Of a stretch of DNA of 64,000 nt, positions 59,876-64,000 are shown one piece after another. Position numbers and translations under genes: made by a program. The stretch is taken from sequence record SRR31156797_5325; one strand, given 5' to 3'. The notes beneath the pieces were generated by a model. That model ran no database searches and was not told the origin of the DNA. It saw nothing but the letters and a program-made list of their open reading frames with translations. Positions within the stretch are counted from its first letter, which is position 1; every line of letters starts with the position of its first letter.

Positions 59876-62062
59876 TTACGCTTTAAGCTTGTAGTACAGC
59901 GTCGATAAAGGCGGTAACCTCACAAATATCGATTGAGGTAAGCCTTCACTGTTCACTTTGGTGGTCGCTACCGATTGAATCACTTCAAAGTTACTGCCGG
60001 CGTAATGACTACTGTCTGTATTCAGTATTAACTCATACTGACCACTGTTTGGTACACCCAAATGGAACTTCTCATGAGGAACTGGCGTAAAGTTAGTTAT
60101 CGCCAAGATTCTTTCGCCGTTATCAGCAATACGTTCGTGAGCAATCACACTGGAATCGGCAGAGTCTTGAAGACGCCACTCAAAGCCCGAAGGTTCACAG
60201 TCACGTTCATGTAACGCAGCCTCACCTTTGTATAGGTGGTTAAGGTCGCGAATCAAATTCTGAATACCACGATGGCGATCGAACTCGGTTAAGAACCACT
60301 GCAGCTGATCATCATGATTCCACTCTGCAGTTTGACCAAACTCAGCTCCCATAAAGTTCAGCTTTTTACCCGGCTGAGCATACATGTAGCCAAAATAGGC
60401 TCGCATGTTCGCGGTTTGCTGCCACTCATCACCCGGCATTTTGTAGATCAATGACTGTTTTCCGTAAACCACTTCATCATGAGAAAGTGACAACACGTAG
60501 TTTTCACTGAACGCATAAATTAATGGGAAGGTCAGTGTGTTGTGGTGATACTTACGATGCACCGGATCTTCTTTGATGTAAGAAAGACTATCGTGCATCC
60601 AACCCATATTCCACTTAAAGCCAAAACCTAATCCCCCCATAAAGGTTGGCGCTGACACGCCGGGGAATGCTGTCGATTCTTCAGCGATAGTCATCGCATT
60701 CGGGAAGAACTTGTAAACCTCTTCGTTCATCCATTTGAACGTGGCAATCGCTTCATAATTTTCACGACCGCCATCAACGTTAGGAATCCATTGATCATGA
60801 CTACGTGAGTAGTCGAGGTACAACATCGACGCAACAGCATCGACACGAATACCGTCAATATGGAACATATCGAACCAATACAAAGCATTGGAGACAAGGA
60901 AACGGCGAACGTGTTCGCGGCCTACATCGTAAATGTACGAGTTCCAATCCTGATGCCAGCCGCGGCGAGGGTCTGGGTCGTGGAACAGCGGCGTTCCATC
61001 AAAGTTAGCTAAACCGTGATCATCCGACGGGAAGTGCGCTGGCACCCAGTCCAAAACCACACCAATCCCCGCTTGGTGGCATTGATCAACAAAGTATTTG
61101 AAATCGTCTGGCGAACCATATCGGCTGGTTGGCGCAAACATCCCCACAGGTTGATAACCCCACGATCCATAAAATGGGTGTTCGGAAACTGGCATCAATT
61201 CAACATGGGTGTATCCCATGTCTGTAAGGTATGGAATCAATTGATCCGCGAGTTCTCGATAGTTTAAGAAGCGATTATCTTCTCCGCGCTTCCAGGAACC
61301 CGCATGCAGTTCATAAAAAGAGAGTGCTTCTTTGCGCTTTTGCGTCACTGGGCGATTTTGCCATGCACTGTCCTGCCATTGATAACGGTCGTGGTCATAG
61401 GTGACAGAAGAAAAAGAAGGGTGTTGCTCGGCATAGCTGCCCCAAGGGTCTGCTTTATGTGGAAGTCCTTCGCCATGTGGCCCTTTAAGTTCAAACTTAT
61501 ATTGAGCCCCCTCTTCTAACCCGGGAACGAATAAACCCCAAATACCGTAATCCAAACGCTGCATCGGATGTCGACGCCCGTCCCACTGGTTAAAAGAACC
61601 AACCAAACTACACGCTGAAGCGTGAGGTGCATAAACGAGAAAACGGATACCTGAGATTTGTTTGCCATCGCGCTCTAAAGTGACAAACTGAGATCCCATG
61701 TGGCGATACATCTCTTTCGGAGTATGCAAATCATCATACTCTGCATAAATACCATGGTACTGGTACGGGTCATCTATCAGCTGCTCAGTACCAGACCAAT
61801 CCACAGCCAACTGATAATGTGTAAATCTCAAATCGCGGTCGGATTTGAAAACAAAGCCAGACTCAAGCTCTCTTTCCAGCTCGATTCTCGGTTCGCCTTC
61901 AACGACGAGTTCCACTTTGTCTGCCCCTGGCATCCATACTCTTAGAGCTTGGTCAGGTGCTTTGAGAAAGGGGCCTAAAAAGGCGAATGGATCAGCATAA
62001 GCTGCATGTGAGAGTTGATTGTAAGTAGTTTGTAATTTCGAGGGCTTTTTTACTTTTTTCAA
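59876..62062 (-). CDS. glgB: 1,4-alpha-glucan branching enzyme
   Basis: [37 protein letters not shown] start after AGGAG. Confidence 0.96.
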   Translation of the reverse strand: MKKVKKPSKLQTTYNQLSHAAYADPFAFLGPFLKAPDQALRVWMPGADKVELVVEGEPRIELERELESGFVFKSDRDLRFTHYQLAVDWSGTEQLIDDPYQYHGIYAEYDDLHTPKEMYRHMGSQFVTLERDGKQISGIRFLVYAPHASACSLVGSFNQWDGRRHPMQRLDYGIWGLFVPGLEEGAQYKFELKGPHGEGLPHKADPWGSYAEQHPSFSSVTYDHDRYQWQDSAWQNRPVTQKRKEALSFYELHAGSWKRGEDNRFLNYRELADQLIPYLTDMGYTHVELMPVSEHPFYGSWGYQPVGMFAPTSRYGSPDDFKYFVDQCHQAGIGVVLDWVPAHFPSDDHGLANFDGTPLFHDPDPRRGWHQDWNSYIYDVGREHVRRFLVSNALYWFDMFHIDGIRVDAVASMLYLDYSRSHDQWIPNVDGGRENYEAIATFKWMNEEVYKFFPNAMTIAEESTAFPGVSAPTFMGGLGFGFKWNMGWMHDSLSYIKEDPVHRKYHHNTLTFPLIYAFSENYVLSLSHDEVVYGKQSLIYKMPGDEWQQTANMRAYFGYMYAQPGKKLNFMGAEFGQTAEWNHDDQLQWFLTEFDRHRGIQNLIRDLNHLYKGEAALHERDCEPSGFEWRLQDSADSSVIAHERIADNGERILAITNFTPVPHEKFHLGVPNSGQYELILNTDSSHYAGSNFEVIQSVATTKVNSEGLPQSIFVRLPPLSTLYYKLKA

Positions 62063-62090
62063 ATTCCTTCTCCTAGCGCGAAAGAGAGCA

Positions 62091-62119
62091 TAAAAATGCC
62101 CGCTACAGTGGCGGGCATA
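62091..62119 (-). terminator. Terminator-like hairpin between malQ and glgB
   Basis: Minus strand ATGCCCGCCACTGTAGCGGGCATTTTT. Confidence 0.7.
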
Positions 62120-62230
62120 CTAGCGTTAGTTCATCTTACAGAACTCAGGTAGGAGTTAGAGTGACATAACTTAAATTTCTTAGTGTAAATATAAGAAACC
62201 ACTAAAATTACCCCCTGGTTTTAAGCTCTA

Positions 62231-64000
62231 TTATTTGCTGACTTTAGCTCGAGTTTCCGTTAAGCGAGCGGAAATACGGTTAACATCTTCACGTGCGAAG
62301 AGCTCATCTAAGTTCATTGACAACTTACGACGCCAGTTTGGATACTCATCAACTGTACCCGGAATGTTTACCGGCTTGTCCATCTCCAACCAGTCTTCTA
62401 ACTGAACACTTAACAAAGATGATGAACCTGCGGCCACATGTAACTGTAGTGCTTCACTTAAGTAAGAGTCCATAGGAACTAAGCTCGCATCACGTCCGAC
62501 ACCTTCTGGCAGATAACCATGCCATGCCACAGAATCCAAGATGCCCTGTTTACACTTCAAACGATCATCAAATAGCGTCGCTAACTGTTCTTTATCTGGA
62601 TAAAGACCAATTTCACCACCCATTTTCAAGTCATCACAATGCCAGAAACCGCGCAGTGTTGGCATATCATGCGTACATAACGCCGCCATTGACTGCGGCG
62701 CATAATGTTCAGGAGAGATGAAACCGCCGTCTTTTTTTGATGTTTCGAAGAAGAACACCTTGTATGAGTGCACGCCAGCATCACGCAGTAAATCCACGAT
62801 TTCATCCGGAACCGTACCCAAATCTTCACCAATAACGCTACATTGATGACGATGAGATTCAAGTGCCAGAATCGCTAACATATCTTTTACTGGGTAGTAG
62901 ATGTATGCACCTTCAGTCGCGCTTTCACCTTTTGGAATCCACCATAAACGCAACAGGCCGAGTACATGGTCAATTCGCAATGAGCCACAGTGTTTCATGT
63001 TGGCTCTTAGAAGCTTAATGAACGCATCATAACCCGTTGCTCGCAACACTTGTGGGTTGAGTGGTGGTAAGCCCCAGTTTTGCCCTAGTGGGCCAAGAAT
63101 ATCTGGCGGTGCACCAATGCTGGCATCCAGAATCAAGTTGCCATCATCAGCCCAGGTTTCAGAACCGGAATCCGCGACGCCAACCGCTAAATCACGGTAC
63201 AAACCCACAGACATGCCTTTTTCTTCAGCCAATGCCTGCGCTTCGTTGATTTGCGCATCAGCAACCCATTGTAAGTACATATATAGATGTACTAAGTCCT
63301 GATTGTCTTCAATGAACTTCTGTACTGCTGCGTTTTCAAAGCGGCGGTATTTTTCAGGGAACACCGGCCAACCCCAAACATTGCTGTCTTCTTTATGTAG
63401 TGTTGCGTGCAATGCGTCAAATGTTGCTTGATGAAGCAGGCTATCTCCACCTTCTTCAACAAAATCCAAGAACGCACGAGCACGATCACTGTTTTTATCT
63501 AAATGACGGTGTTTGAACTCATTAAATAACAGAGGCAGTACACTCATCTTCATCTGAGCAACTTCAGTGTAATTTACCCAGTGAGATTCGCGTGCTTTTT
63601 GCAGACGTTGTTGGAACTCAGCGCTGCCCACTTGCTGCTGTGCTTCAGCACTTAATGCAAATTCAGGTACTGAACTGACATCAATATATAAAATGTTTAA
63701 CCAGCGGCGTGAAGATGGGCTATATGGGCTCGCTCCCTCAGGGTTTGCAGGGAACAATGAATGAATTGGGTTAAGTCCGACAAAATCACCACCACGAGAA
63801 GCAATGTCCGCCACCAACTGTTTCAAGTCACCAAAATCACCGATTCCCCAGTTATGCTGAGTACGTAGTGTGTAAAGCTGGACGCTTGGACCCCACAACT
63901 TTTTGCCTTGCGCTAATGCCGGTTGCTTGTAACATGCTGCAGGCGTGACGATGACCGTCATTTCGTACGGTGCTTTACGACGTTTGCGCGAAACGAATAG
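62231..64000 (-). CDS. malQ: 4-alpha-glucanotransferase (amylomaltase), 5' end beyond the window
   Basis: SPYSPSSR, YRDLAVG, LRIDH, IGEDLG, THD, NIPGT. Confidence 0.96.
   Translation of the reverse strand, partial: LFVSRKRRKAPYEMTVIVTPAACYKQPALAQGKKLWGPSVQLYTLRTQHNWGIGDFGDLKQLVADIASRGGDFVGLNPIHSLFPANPEGASPYSPSSRRWLNILYIDVSSVPEFALSAEAQQQVGSAEFQQRLQKARESHWVNYTEVAQMKMSVLPLLFNEFKHRHLDKNSDRARAFLDFVEEGGDSLLHQATFDALHATLHKEDSNVWGWPVFPEKYRRFENAAVQKFIEDNQDLVHLYMYLQWVADAQINEAQALAEEKGMSVGLYRDLAVGVADSGSETWADDGNLILDASIGAPPDILGPLGQNWGLPPLNPQVLRATGYDAFIKLLRANMKHCGSLRIDHVLGLLRLWWIPKGESATEGAYIYYPVKDMLAILALESHRHQCSVIGEDLGTVPDEIVDLLRDAGVHSYKVFFFETSKKDGGFISPEHYAPQSMAALCTHDMPTLRGFWHCDDLKMGGEIGLYPDKEQLATLFDDRLKCKQGILDSVAWHGYLPEGVGRDASLVPMDSYLSEALQLHVAAGSSSLLSVQLEDWLEMDKPVNIPGTVDEYPNWRRKLSMNLDELFAREDVNRISARLTETRAKVSK

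Overview
A 64 kb stretch of a Vibrio chromosome, most likely the small chromosome: several proteins closely match V. cholerae chr2 proteins I recognise (VcINDY, PlzD, V-cGAP1, DUF368, Phr/MerR). It opens with the 5' end of a type VI secretion cluster (PAAR, Sel1-like protein, tssB, partial tssC) behind a sigma54-like promoter with phased repeats. Next come a single-chain GltD-fused formate dehydrogenase, two tandem double-HD-GYP phosphodiesterases and a run of transporters, regulators and housekeeping genes. It ends in a photolyase operon, deoD, a c-di-GMP locus and glgB/malQ. The strongest candidates for undescribed biology are: (1) an AT-rich 3.4 kb islet between sstT and a bactofilin gene, carrying a TerB-like/SAP-like/PD-(D/E)xK nuclease protein, an unannotated frameshifted phage-repressor (S24) relic and a voltage-gated K+ channel; (2) an apparently catalytically dead, domesticated IS1-like transposase followed by a pair of TPR proteins, one with a degenerate and one with an intact GGDEF domain; (3) a structured leader with a 15-codon uORF ahead of an rsgA paralog; (4) an unannotated 58-aa protein. 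No rRNA, tRNA, CRISPR array or intact IS was seen. All family calls come from reading motifs by eye, not from database searches.
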